Shown piece after piece: positions 39,463 to 47,743 of a DNA stretch of 64,000 bases. Origin of the DNA: an uncultured Lentimicrobiaceae bacterium (GTDB lineage Bacteria; Bacteroidota; Bacteroidia; Bacteroidales; F082). The notes beneath the pieces are model-generated. The model saw only the letters and a program-made list of their open reading frames with translations. It did no database searches and was not told where the DNA came from. The stretch covers positions 3,919 through 67,918 of the forward strand of contig CAZQFH010000006.1 of the NCBI GenBank assembly GCA_964592595.1. Direction: 5' to 3'. The position numbers and the translations under genes were made by a program. Position 1 is the first letter of the stretch; each line of letters begins with the position of its first letter.

Positions 39463-39849
39463 TCAGCTGATAAATTTTATGCCATAATATCCTAAACCGC
39501 ATAACAGCAGCCCAAGTACATTGTTCAATAAAATATTAACCAGCATCATCTTGAACTGACCTTGATTTAACAGAAAAAAGCTGTCGTAGGCGAAGCTTGA
39601 AAAGGTTGTGAAACTGCCCAGAATTCCAATAATCAGAAATAATCGTACTGCAGGAGAAATAGCGGTTTTATCAAGCATACCCCATGCCAAACCGATGATA
39701 AAGGAACCGATAAGGTTTACCAAAAGCGTACCCCATGGCAAATGCTGATTTAAGTATTTATCAGCAAACTGATAAGTTAAATAGCGCAAGATTGTGCCCA
39801 GACTACCTCCTGCTGCCAAAAGAATGATTTGACTTCCGAAATCGCGCAT
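39463..39849 (-). CDS. crcB: fluoride efflux transporter CrcB
   Basis: 128 aa, 4 TM, with GGSLGTILRY and GILGSFTTFSSF motifs. Confidence 0.88.
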   Translation of the reverse strand: MRDFGSQIILLAAGGSLGTILRYLTYQFADKYLNQHLPWGTLLVNLIGSFIIGLAWGMLDKTAISPAVRLFLIIGILGSFTTFSSFAYDSFFLLNQGQFKMMLVNILLNNVLGLLLCGLGYYGIKFIS

Positions 39850-40166
39850 CAGATTGCAAATTTTATTTCTTTGATTTCTTCCAAGCCAGCATAGAGCGCT
39901 TTCATATGGGACTCATCCAGCAACGTGATTTTAAAGGTTAAGCTGGTGTAATTGCCTTTTGAGCTGGGTTTTTCAGAAACAAAGACAAAAGGCACTTTGA
40001 GTCTGTTAAAAAGGCTTTCTATCTCTTTTTGTAAGGCTGATTTTGGTCGCGACAGAATGATAACGGTCTTCAATTCAAAACTTACAGGAAACTCAATATT
40101 TTCTCTGTTGAAAGGCTTTTGCGGACTTCCGTTTTTTCCGTTAAGATGTGGGCGTTGTATTTTCAT
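39849..40166 (-). CDS. DUF493 (YbeD-like) family protein
   Basis: 105 aa. The EFPVSFELKTVI pattern resembles the YbeD fold signature. Its stop overlaps the crcB start. Confidence 0.45.
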   Translation of the reverse strand: MKIQRPHLNGKNGSPQKPFNRENIEFPVSFELKTVIILSRPKSALQKEIESLFNRLKVPFVFVSEKPSSKGNYTSLTFKITLLDESHMKALYAGLEEIKEIKFAI

Positions 40167-40172
40167 AGTTTT

Positions 40173-41381
40173 TCAAAGTGTGTAAAGGAGGCTTATGCTA
40201 CCCCAATTGTGGTGTTTTGCCGGCTTAAATTCTGATGATAAGTAGGTCCATTTTAGTCCAAGCCCAAGTTTGCGATAATGCCATGAAAAACCTGCGTATA
40301 AACTGGTGAGGCTATGGTTTATCTCATCGTAGCTGAAATAATGCGGACTACTGTTGTTGAACAAGCCTCCGTTAAGGCTTGCATTGTAAGCTATATAATG
40401 CCATGAAGGTGCTATAAAAAACCAAAAACTTGCTTTTGGGCGATATTTTTCTTTTACAGGATCTAACTCAGGTAAAAAGCTGTTAGGCAATCCTTTAAGC
40501 AACCCTATACGGAATTGTAAAGCGCCTCCTCCATAAGTTTGATAACTCCCCAAACCTGCATCCAGCACACCACTTACTTGCCAAAATTTACTTTTCAATA
40601 GTACTTTTTCAAAACTAAAATCCAGGTTAATCAACAAATCGTTGGCTATTTGGTAATCCCATCCAACTGGTTTTAAGTGGTGCATTTTTGTTTGAAGTGC
40701 TTCAGCCATTGATGCTTTTCCAACAACACCAAGCCGGAAACTGGTATGCATATTGATTCCTTGTTTGGGTAACTGACTCAATTTGAAATATTCGCCAAGT
40801 AATACCCCGGCAAATGGCCTGTCGTTTTCGTCAATTGCGATGGATTCAGGGTTTTGGGGTGTAAACATAAATTGGTGAATCCTAATACCGGCGGTTTGCA
40901 TGGATTTACTTCCCAAACCTGGCAGTAATCTGGTAATCAAAATTTTACTTAGCTTTGGGTGAATCAGACCGATCGAAAAACCATTGGTGTAGTAGTAGTC
41001 CGTTTCAGCAAAAATGTCGTTGTCGAAAGTCAATAAGAGATAGACTGGCTTATAGTTTTCAAAAGGTATTTGCATTAATGGCTTTTCTGTTTTTGAAAAA
41101 ACATGATCCGAACTTTGCCTGCTATTTAAGTTTGCTAAAGAAATCTTGGAAGACAAAGGCCCTATATCAGTCAAAAAATAGTTAAGTGTTGATTTTTCAG
41201 GCTTAAGAAATTCTCTTTCCGAAAGCTTTTCAATTTTTGAATTATCAAGTGTAGTGCTCTTATTTGCCTGAATATATAACATTTTACCCTTACTTTGCGG
41301 CCTGATAGTATTGCTATCCGGTTGATTTTTACAAGCCAGTGTAAATAGCAAAACAAAAATAATCAGTAATCGAAACAGCAT
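40173..41381 (-). CDS. lipid A deacylase LpxR-family outer-membrane protein
   Basis: Lipobox LFTLAC|K. The DNDIFAETDYYYTNGFSIG motif is typical of LpxR/DUF2219. C-terminal beta-barrel-like pattern. Confidence 0.6.
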   Translation of the reverse strand: MLFRLLIIFVLLFTLACKNQPDSNTIRPQSKGKMLYIQANKSTTLDNSKIEKLSEREFLKPEKSTLNYFLTDIGPLSSKISLANLNSRQSSDHVFSKTEKPLMQIPFENYKPVYLLLTFDNDIFAETDYYYTNGFSIGLIHPKLSKILITRLLPGLGSKSMQTAGIRIHQFMFTPQNPESIAIDENDRPFAGVLLGEYFKLSQLPKQGINMHTSFRLGVVGKASMAEALQTKMHHLKPVGWDYQIANDLLINLDFSFEKVLLKSKFWQVSGVLDAGLGSYQTYGGGALQFRIGLLKGLPNSFLPELDPVKEKYRPKASFWFFIAPSWHYIAYNASLNGGLFNNSSPHYFSYDEINHSLTSLYAGFSWHYRKLGLGLKWTYLSSEFKPAKHHNWGSISLLYTL

Positions 41382-41473
41382 AAAACAACCAATTGTGGCA
41401 AAGATAAATCATATCTTTTTTACAGCCATAGGCGTAAGTTGGGAAACCAATAATTAGAAAATGCAGTAATCCG

Positions 41474-43897
41474 TTAAAGGATTTTTGGATATCTGGCAGG
41501 ATTGTACTCATGCATCAGATTGTAAATCACATCGAAAACATCTTCGGCATTGGGGTTCGAGAAATAGTCGCCATCAGTACTGTAGGCGGCACGGTGGCCG
41601 CGTGCTGTTAGTGTTTTTGGCTCGGCATCAAGGTATTTATAGCCCTGCTGAATTTCAAGAACTTGCTGCATCATATAGGAAGTAGCGCCTCCCGGAACAT
41701 CTTCATCAAAAAATAAAATTTTGTTAGTTTTCTTCAGTGATTCTACAATTAGGTGATCATTATCGAAAGGAAGCAGGGTTTGCACGTCGATGAGCTCTAC
41801 ATCGATTCCAAATTCCAGCAGCTGAGCTACAGCGTCTTCGGCAATGCGCACGCAGGAGCCATAAGTAACCAGGGTAAGGTCAGAGCCTTTTTTTAGCATA
41901 TCGGGTTTTCCGACAGGTATTCTGAATTCACCGAGATTCTTTGGTTTTTGCTCACGCAAACGATAGCCATTTAAAGGTTCAATAATTAGAGCCGGTTCGT
42001 CAGAAGCCAGAAAAGTATTATAAAATCCGGCTGCTTGCGTCATGTTACGGGGAACGGCAACATGTACCCCTCTGATTGAATTGATCACCATACTTAATGG
42101 GGAACCGGCATGCCAAATACCTTCGAGGCGATGACCGCGTGTGCTGATTATCATTGGTGCTTTTTGGCCACCTTTTGTGCGGTATTGCAAGGTTGCAAGA
42201 TCATCCGAAATAATTTCGAGGGCATAAAGCAGGTAATCAAAATACTGAATCTCGGCTATGGGTTTTAATCCACGCATCGCCATGCCAATGCCCTGACCTA
42301 TTATCGTAGCTTCACGGATGCCGGTATCGCTGATACGCAGGCTACCATACTTTTCCTGAAGACCTTCATAAGTTTGGTTAACACCGCCGATTTTACCCAC
42401 ATCCTCACCAAAAGCAACTAATTCGGGATATTTTTCGAAGAGTATGTCGAAATTATCCCGCAATATTTCCCTTCCGGGGACAAATTCAGCCTGTTCATCA
42501 AAGATTGGATCGATTCCTTTAATATTTTTAACTGCCTTAGCAGACTCAGAATACAGGTGACTGCTATAAGCTTCACGACCTTCGTCCAGTTCTTTATCAA
42601 GCCAATTGGTAACGTTTGTTTTCAGGGAATTCTCTGGATTGGAACAAGAATTACAAATGAGTCTCAGTATCTTTTTTCCAGAAGATAAAATGTCTTTTCT
42701 GATAGGCTCACCAATTTTTGCCAAATCACTTTTGATGGCTTCAATTTTTTGTGTTTTTGCACAGTTGCAGGTAGTTACATCCGTTACGCGAATAAAGCCA
42801 TCTCTTTTATCCAAAAGCGGTTGTTCAAAATTTTTCCATGCTTTTTTGCGTGCTTCACGAGCGTGATTGGCTGCATCTTTCTCAATATTATCCAGCTCAT
42901 GTGCATTGGCGATTTTTTCTTTTAAAATCCATTCGCGCAGGCGAAACAAACCATCGCGACGTGTTTCATCTTCAAGTTGCTCGATAGATTTGTAGCGCTC
43001 ATGCGAACCCGATGTTGAATGACCCTGAGGCTGAGTGCATTCGGTGATATGAAAGAGTACTGGAACATGTTCTTTGCGACATTTACCGATTCCTTCACGA
43101 TACACGCGCATCAACTCGGGATAATCCCAGGCACTGGCCTTGTAGATATAATATCCGTTAGAGTTTTTATCTTTTGCAAAGCCTTTCAAAATCTCAGAGA
43201 TACTACCCTTTGTTGTTTGGAATTTATTTGGAACGGAAATTCCCCAGCCGTCATCCCAAACAGAAATGGCCAGTGGCACTTGCAAAACTCCGGCAGCATT
43301 TAAGGTTTCAAAGAAATGACCTTCGGAAGTAGATGCGTCGCCAATTGTACCAAAAGCTACTTCGTTTCCTTTTGTAGAGAAGAAATCTGATTTGGAGAGG
43401 GTTTCGTCATGCCGGTAATATTTCGAAGCCAGGGCAAGACCTAATAATCGCGGCATTTGACTGGCAGTAGGAGAGGTGTCGCATGAGGATATTTTCATGT
43501 CAGTTTGTCTCTGCCAGTTGCCCTTTTCATCAAGTATGCGCGTGCTAAAGTGGTTATTCATCAGCCGGCCACCATTTCCAGGGTTGGCTTTCAGATCGGT
43601 ATCACCATAAAGTTGAGCAAAAAGCTCTTCGGGCGTCATCATGCCAGCGGCCAACATAAAAGTTTGATCCCTGTAATAGCCCGAACGCCAGTCGCCTGCT
43701 TCGAAGACTTTGGCCATGGCAAGTTGTGGTACTTCCTTACCGTCGCCGAAAATTCCAAATTTGGCTTTGCCTGTAAGCACTTCTCTGCGCCCTAAAAGGC
43801 TGATGTTACGGCTCAGCCAACCGATATAATAATCGCGAAGAATTTCTTCTTTATTCCATGAAAGACCTTTTTCTTCAGCTGCTATTTTCTTACTCAT
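41474..43897 (-). CDS. fused 2-oxoacid dehydrogenase E1 component (alpha + beta subunits in one polypeptide, TPP-dependent)
   Basis: 807 aa. The N-terminal half has a TPP-binding pattern (GDASTSEGHFFETLN). The C-terminal half is transketolase-like pyrimidine-binding plus C-terminal domain (ISDTGIREATIIGQGIGMA). Confidence 0.8.
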   Translation of the reverse strand: MSKKIAAEEKGLSWNKEEILRDYYIGWLSRNISLLGRREVLTGKAKFGIFGDGKEVPQLAMAKVFEAGDWRSGYYRDQTFMLAAGMMTPEELFAQLYGDTDLKANPGNGGRLMNNHFSTRILDEKGNWQRQTDMKISSCDTSPTASQMPRLLGLALASKYYRHDETLSKSDFFSTKGNEVAFGTIGDASTSEGHFFETLNAAGVLQVPLAISVWDDGWGISVPNKFQTTKGSISEILKGFAKDKNSNGYYIYKASAWDYPELMRVYREGIGKCRKEHVPVLFHITECTQPQGHSTSGSHERYKSIEQLEDETRRDGLFRLREWILKEKIANAHELDNIEKDAANHAREARKKAWKNFEQPLLDKRDGFIRVTDVTTCNCAKTQKIEAIKSDLAKIGEPIRKDILSSGKKILRLICNSCSNPENSLKTNVTNWLDKELDEGREAYSSHLYSESAKAVKNIKGIDPIFDEQAEFVPGREILRDNFDILFEKYPELVAFGEDVGKIGGVNQTYEGLQEKYGSLRISDTGIREATIIGQGIGMAMRGLKPIAEIQYFDYLLYALEIISDDLATLQYRTKGGQKAPMIISTRGHRLEGIWHAGSPLSMVINSIRGVHVAVPRNMTQAAGFYNTFLASDEPALIIEPLNGYRLREQKPKNLGEFRIPVGKPDMLKKGSDLTLVTYGSCVRIAEDAVAQLLEFGIDVELIDVQTLLPFDNDHLIVESLKKTNKILFFDEDVPGGATSYMMQQVLEIQQGYKYLDAEPKTLTARGHRAAYSTDGDYFSNPNAEDVFDVIYNLMHEYNPARYPKIL

Positions 43898-44013
43898 TCG
43901 CTAAAATAATTTTACAAATTGGTTAAGGGAATGGCGGCAAAGATAACAATTTGGATTGTTAATCGCAATCGGTTGTTAAAGCTATTTGCACACAAATAAA
44001 ACATCAAATGGTT

Positions 44014-45306
44014 TTATATGTTCAGGGCTTTTGGTGCGAAAAGCGTCATCAAAATACCTCTGCTGAGCATAAACAGATGAAAGGCAAGCCAAAGCCCGTG
44101 ATTGCTCCAATGTTGCAGCCCAAAATACCATGCAGGAATAAAAACACAAACCGATGCGATCAGCATGGTATTGCGCATGGCAACGGATGCAGTAGCTCCT
44201 ATGTAAATTCCATCCCAGATAAAAGCTGCAAAAGTTGTGATGGGAATAAAAATCATCCACCATTTATAAGTCATTGAAAGGATGATCAAATCATTGCTAT
44301 CAGTTAGTAGTAGGATCAGTTGCTTATAAAAAATACTGTAAGCCAGTAAGAAAGGTAAACTTAGACTAACTCCCCATGCTAAAAGATAGCGTATAGTTTT
44401 TTTGATGGCTTCAGCATCATTTCGGCCTGTAAATTTTCCGACAAGAGCTTCGCCGGCATAAGCAAAACCATCCATAAAATAGGAGAACACGAAAAAGTAT
44501 TGCAACATCATGCTGTTGATTGCCAGCACACTATCGCCAAGGTCGGCAGATTCGCTTGTAAAAAAAGAAAGCGTTAAAATAAGGGCAATGCTGCGAATCA
44601 GGATGTCGCGGTTTACTTTAAAAAATCGCTTCAGCATTACAAGATTGAGGAGCACTTGTTTTTGCAAAGGCAGCAGGTGTTTGCGAAAGTTTCGTGCCAA
44701 AAGTAAAAGCCCAAAAGTTAACCCGCCATATTGCGCCAATAAGGTTCCCCAGGCCACACCGTCAACATCCAAACCCAACATTTTTACAAAGAACAAGTTG
44801 AAGCCAATATTAAGCATATTAATAAAGATGCTGAGAAACATTGGAATACGTGTGTTTTGCATGCCAACAAACCAACCCATCAAAACCATCAAACCCAATG
44901 TGGCCGGCGCAGCAAATATTCTGATATAAAAATATTCACGAGCCAGGGTTTTTACTTCATCGCTGCCACTAAGTAGAAAAAAACTGATTTTCTCGATTGG
45001 AAATTGAAAGATAATTAATGATAAGGCAAGTGAAAATGCAATTAAAAGTGGGCGATAAAGTCCATGAGCGATTTCTTGTTTATCGTTTTTACCATAGGCC
45101 TGTGCTGTGAAACCCGTTGTGCCCATGCGCAAGAAACCCAGACTGAGGTAAAGCACATTAAAAATTACACTTCCCAATCCGATCGCACCAATATAAACAG
45201 GTGAGCCAAGATGCCCCATCAAAGCCAAATCGACCATACCTAGCATAGGCACAGTTATATTGCTGATGATATTTGGAATAGCCAGATTAAGAATAGACTT
45301 GTTCAT
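44014..45306 (-). CDS. MATE family efflux transporter
   Basis: 430 aa, about 12 TM, with the N-terminus LAIPNIISNITVPMLGMVDLALMGHLG typical of MATE/DinF. Confidence 0.85.
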   Translation of the reverse strand: MNKSILNLAIPNIISNITVPMLGMVDLALMGHLGSPVYIGAIGLGSVIFNVLYLSLGFLRMGTTGFTAQAYGKNDKQEIAHGLYRPLLIAFSLALSLIIFQFPIEKISFFLLSGSDEVKTLAREYFYIRIFAAPATLGLMVLMGWFVGMQNTRIPMFLSIFINMLNIGFNLFFVKMLGLDVDGVAWGTLLAQYGGLTFGLLLLARNFRKHLLPLQKQVLLNLVMLKRFFKVNRDILIRSIALILTLSFFTSESADLGDSVLAINSMMLQYFFVFSYFMDGFAYAGEALVGKFTGRNDAEAIKKTIRYLLAWGVSLSLPFLLAYSIFYKQLILLLTDSNDLIILSMTYKWWMIFIPITTFAAFIWDGIYIGATASVAMRNTMLIASVCVFIPAWYFGLQHWSNHGLWLAFHLFMLSRGILMTLFAPKALNI

Positions 45307-45326
45307 CAGCTCAATCGGTACAATGT

Positions 45327-46031
45327 TCAGGATTTATGTAAGCCGCATTCTTTTTGATCGGGTTGTTCCCACCACCAACGTCCGGCGCGAATGTCTTCGC
45401 CTGGCTGAATGGCACGCGTGCAAGGCTGGCAGCCAATACTTGGAAAACCTTTATCGTGAAGTCGGTTATAAGGTATTCCTTCTTTTTTAATGAACTGTTC
45501 CACATCCTCTGCTGTCCAATTGATAAGAGGGTTCACTTTGATAAGGTCGTGCATCGCATCCCATTCAATTGCTTGCATATGGGTTCGGGTTACAGCTTGT
45601 TCACGCCTCAAACCAGTGATCCAGGCATCCAAACCTTTGAGTGCCCTTTTGAGCGGTTCTGTTTTACGTATGCCACAGCATAATTTCCTGTTTTCGATGG
45701 AGTTATAAAACAAATTGATTCCTTTTTGATTAACCATCTCTTCAACCTCTTTATAATCCGGAAAATATACCGCTATTGGTTTTTTGTAACGTGCCACAGT
45801 GCGATCGATTAAATCGTAGGTTTCAGGAAAAAGGCGGCCAGTATCAAGCGTAAAAATTGCTATTGAAAGTTCGTTTCGTGCAATGAAATGTGTAATTATC
45901 TGATCTTCATATCCCAGACTACTAGCAAAACTTATCTTCCCGGGGAAAAGTGCAGCCACCTCCGAAAGAATTTCTTCTGCATTGGCTTTAAGAAGTTTTT
46001 GATTTAGCTGGTTAATTTCTTCCTGTTTCAT
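45327..46031 (-). CDS. cysH: phosphoadenylyl-sulfate / adenylyl-sulfate reductase (thioredoxin-dependent), Fe-S cluster type
   Basis: C-terminal ECGLH motif plus the Cys pairs CCGIRK and CQPCT seen in cluster-containing CysH/APS reductases. Confidence 0.88.
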   Translation of the reverse strand: MKQEEINQLNQKLLKANAEEILSEVAALFPGKISFASSLGYEDQIITHFIARNELSIAIFTLDTGRLFPETYDLIDRTVARYKKPIAVYFPDYKEVEEMVNQKGINLFYNSIENRKLCCGIRKTEPLKRALKGLDAWITGLRREQAVTRTHMQAIEWDAMHDLIKVNPLINWTAEDVEQFIKKEGIPYNRLHDKGFPSIGCQPCTRAIQPGEDIRAGRWWWEQPDQKECGLHKS

Positions 46032-46166
46032 GCTTTAAGGCTTCTGTAAATGAATACGGGCAAAGATAATCAATCCGCTGATATGTTGATTTGTGTTGTG
46101 TATTACTTCGGGTCATTGCTTCAAAATGTTTAGTTTCGCAGGAGAATAATTTTTCATTTAGGATTT

Positions 46167-47519
46167 ATGGCTCATTTACATTTTATTGCCATTGGCGGTA
46201 GTGCCATGCACAATTTGGCAATCGCCCTGCACCACAAAGGTGATACGATCACAGGTTCTGATGACGAGATTTTTGAACCTTCAAAAAGTCGCCTGAAGCA
46301 ATCAGGCTTACTGCCAGAAAATTTTGGCTGGTTTCCGGAGAAAATTCATGCGAACCTTGATGCCGTCATTCTGGGGATGCATGCTAAAGCGGACAACCCG
46401 GAGCTACTTAAGGCGCAGGAAATTGGTGTACCGGTGTTTTCTTATCCGGAGTTTCTGTATGAACAAAGCAAAAATAAGCAACGTGTTGTGATAGGAGGAA
46501 GTCATGGAAAAACAACCATCACGGCTATGATTTTACATGTTTTGCATATTGCTGGTATCAATACAGATTATATGGTTGGAGCTCAACTTGACGGCTTTGA
46601 TGTGATGGTAAAACTAAGCAAAACAGCCAGATGGATGATCATTGAGGGTGATGAATACCTAACTTCGCCCATCGACAGGGTGCCAAAATTCCTGCATTAT
46701 CACCCGCATATTGCTGTGATTAGCGGCATCGGCTGGGATCATGTAAACGTTTTCCCGACTTTTGAAAATTACCTGCATCAGTTCAGACTTTTTATTCAGG
46801 CCATAGAAAAAGGTGGCAGCCTGATTTACAGTGCTTCTGATCTGGAAGTAGATAAACTGGCTGCTGAAGTGAAGATGGAAAAAATACCCTATTACCCGCA
46901 TGATTCTGTTTTAGAAAATGGTGAGCTGAAACTGAAAACAGCAACAGCAAACATTCCGATAAGGGTATTTGGCAATCACAACTTGATGAATATCAGTGCA
47001 GCTTTGGAAGTTTGTCGCAAGATGGGAGTTGGTGATGCACAGTTTTATGAGGCTATTAGCAGCTTTAAGGGAGCATCCCGTCGGCTGGAGCGTTGGTTCG
47101 AAAAGGATGGTATTACAGTATTCAGAGATTTTGCTCATGCCCCTTCCAAATTACAGGCTACCGTTTCTGCCTTGCGCGAACAGTACCCAGATCGCAAGCT
47201 TGTGGCATGCTATGAGTTACATACATTTAGCAGCCTGAGTGAGGTTTTTATTGACCATTATTCCCAAAGCCTTGATCCGGCTGATGAGGCTGTGATTTTT
47301 TATGATCCTCATGCTGTGGCAATTAAAAAACTTGCTTTGATGTCGCACGACCGTATCAGGGAAGGTTTTGGCAAAAAAGATTTAACTATTCTAAGCTCAA
47401 AGCAGGACTTAATTGATTTTGTTCAAAGCAGTAATTTACAAAAGGCTGTGCTGGCACTGATGAGTTCAGGGAGTTTTAACGGGCTTGAGCGTGAGGAGAT
47501 TGTTGAGCTTTTTCATTGA
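46167..47519 (+). CDS. mpl: UDP-N-acetylmuramate:L-alanyl-gamma-D-glutamyl-meso-diaminopimelate ligase
   Basis: HLHFIAIGGSAMHNLAIAL N-terminus, P-loop GGSHGKTT, 450 aa Mur-ligase layout. Confidence 0.85.
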   Translation: MAHLHFIAIGGSAMHNLAIALHHKGDTITGSDDEIFEPSKSRLKQSGLLPENFGWFPEKIHANLDAVILGMHAKADNPELLKAQEIGVPVFSYPEFLYEQSKNKQRVVIGGSHGKTTITAMILHVLHIAGINTDYMVGAQLDGFDVMVKLSKTARWMIIEGDEYLTSPIDRVPKFLHYHPHIAVISGIGWDHVNVFPTFENYLHQFRLFIQAIEKGGSLIYSASDLEVDKLAAEVKMEKIPYYPHDSVLENGELKLKTATANIPIRVFGNHNLMNISAALEVCRKMGVGDAQFYEAISSFKGASRRLERWFEKDGITVFRDFAHAPSKLQATVSALREQYPDRKLVACYELHTFSSLSEVFIDHYSQSLDPADEAVIFYDPHAVAIKKLALMSHDRIREGFGKKDLTILSSKQDLIDFVQSSNLQKAVLALMSSGSFNGLEREEIVELFH

Positions 47520-47532
47520 AAAAGCTTTTAAT

Positions 47533-47710
47533 CGTTCGACGTAGTCACAGACTAATCCGAGCGTATGATATAAAATGCATTTAAACGTACGACGTAGTCA
47601 CAGACTAATCCGAGCGTATGATATAAAATGCATTTAAACGTACGACGTAGTCACAGACTGCGCCGAGCTTAGGTTTAATTAATCGTTCGATGCAGTCACA
47701 GACTGCGCCG
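47533..47710. repeat. tandem repeat array: two perfect 53-bp units plus two diverged units sharing a 21-bp core
   Basis: The core CGT(T/A)CGA(C/T)G(T/C)AGTCACAGACT starts at 47533, 47586, 47639 and 47684. Units 1 and 2 carry an identical 32-bp tail (AATCCGAGCGTATGATATAAAATGCATTTAAA). Units 3 and 4 share GCGCCG after the core. Confidence 0.9.
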
Positions 47711-47743
47711 GACATAGTGTTTACGAACTTATGTTGAAATATA

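Noticed and set aside
47533-47710. Possible miniature CRISPR array (regularly spaced repeats with intervening sequences)
   Set aside because: There are only four copies. The conserved core is about 21 bp and is not palindromic. Two of the three 'spacers' are identical, so this is a tandem duplication, and spacing is irregular (53, 53, 45 bp). No cas genes are in the window.
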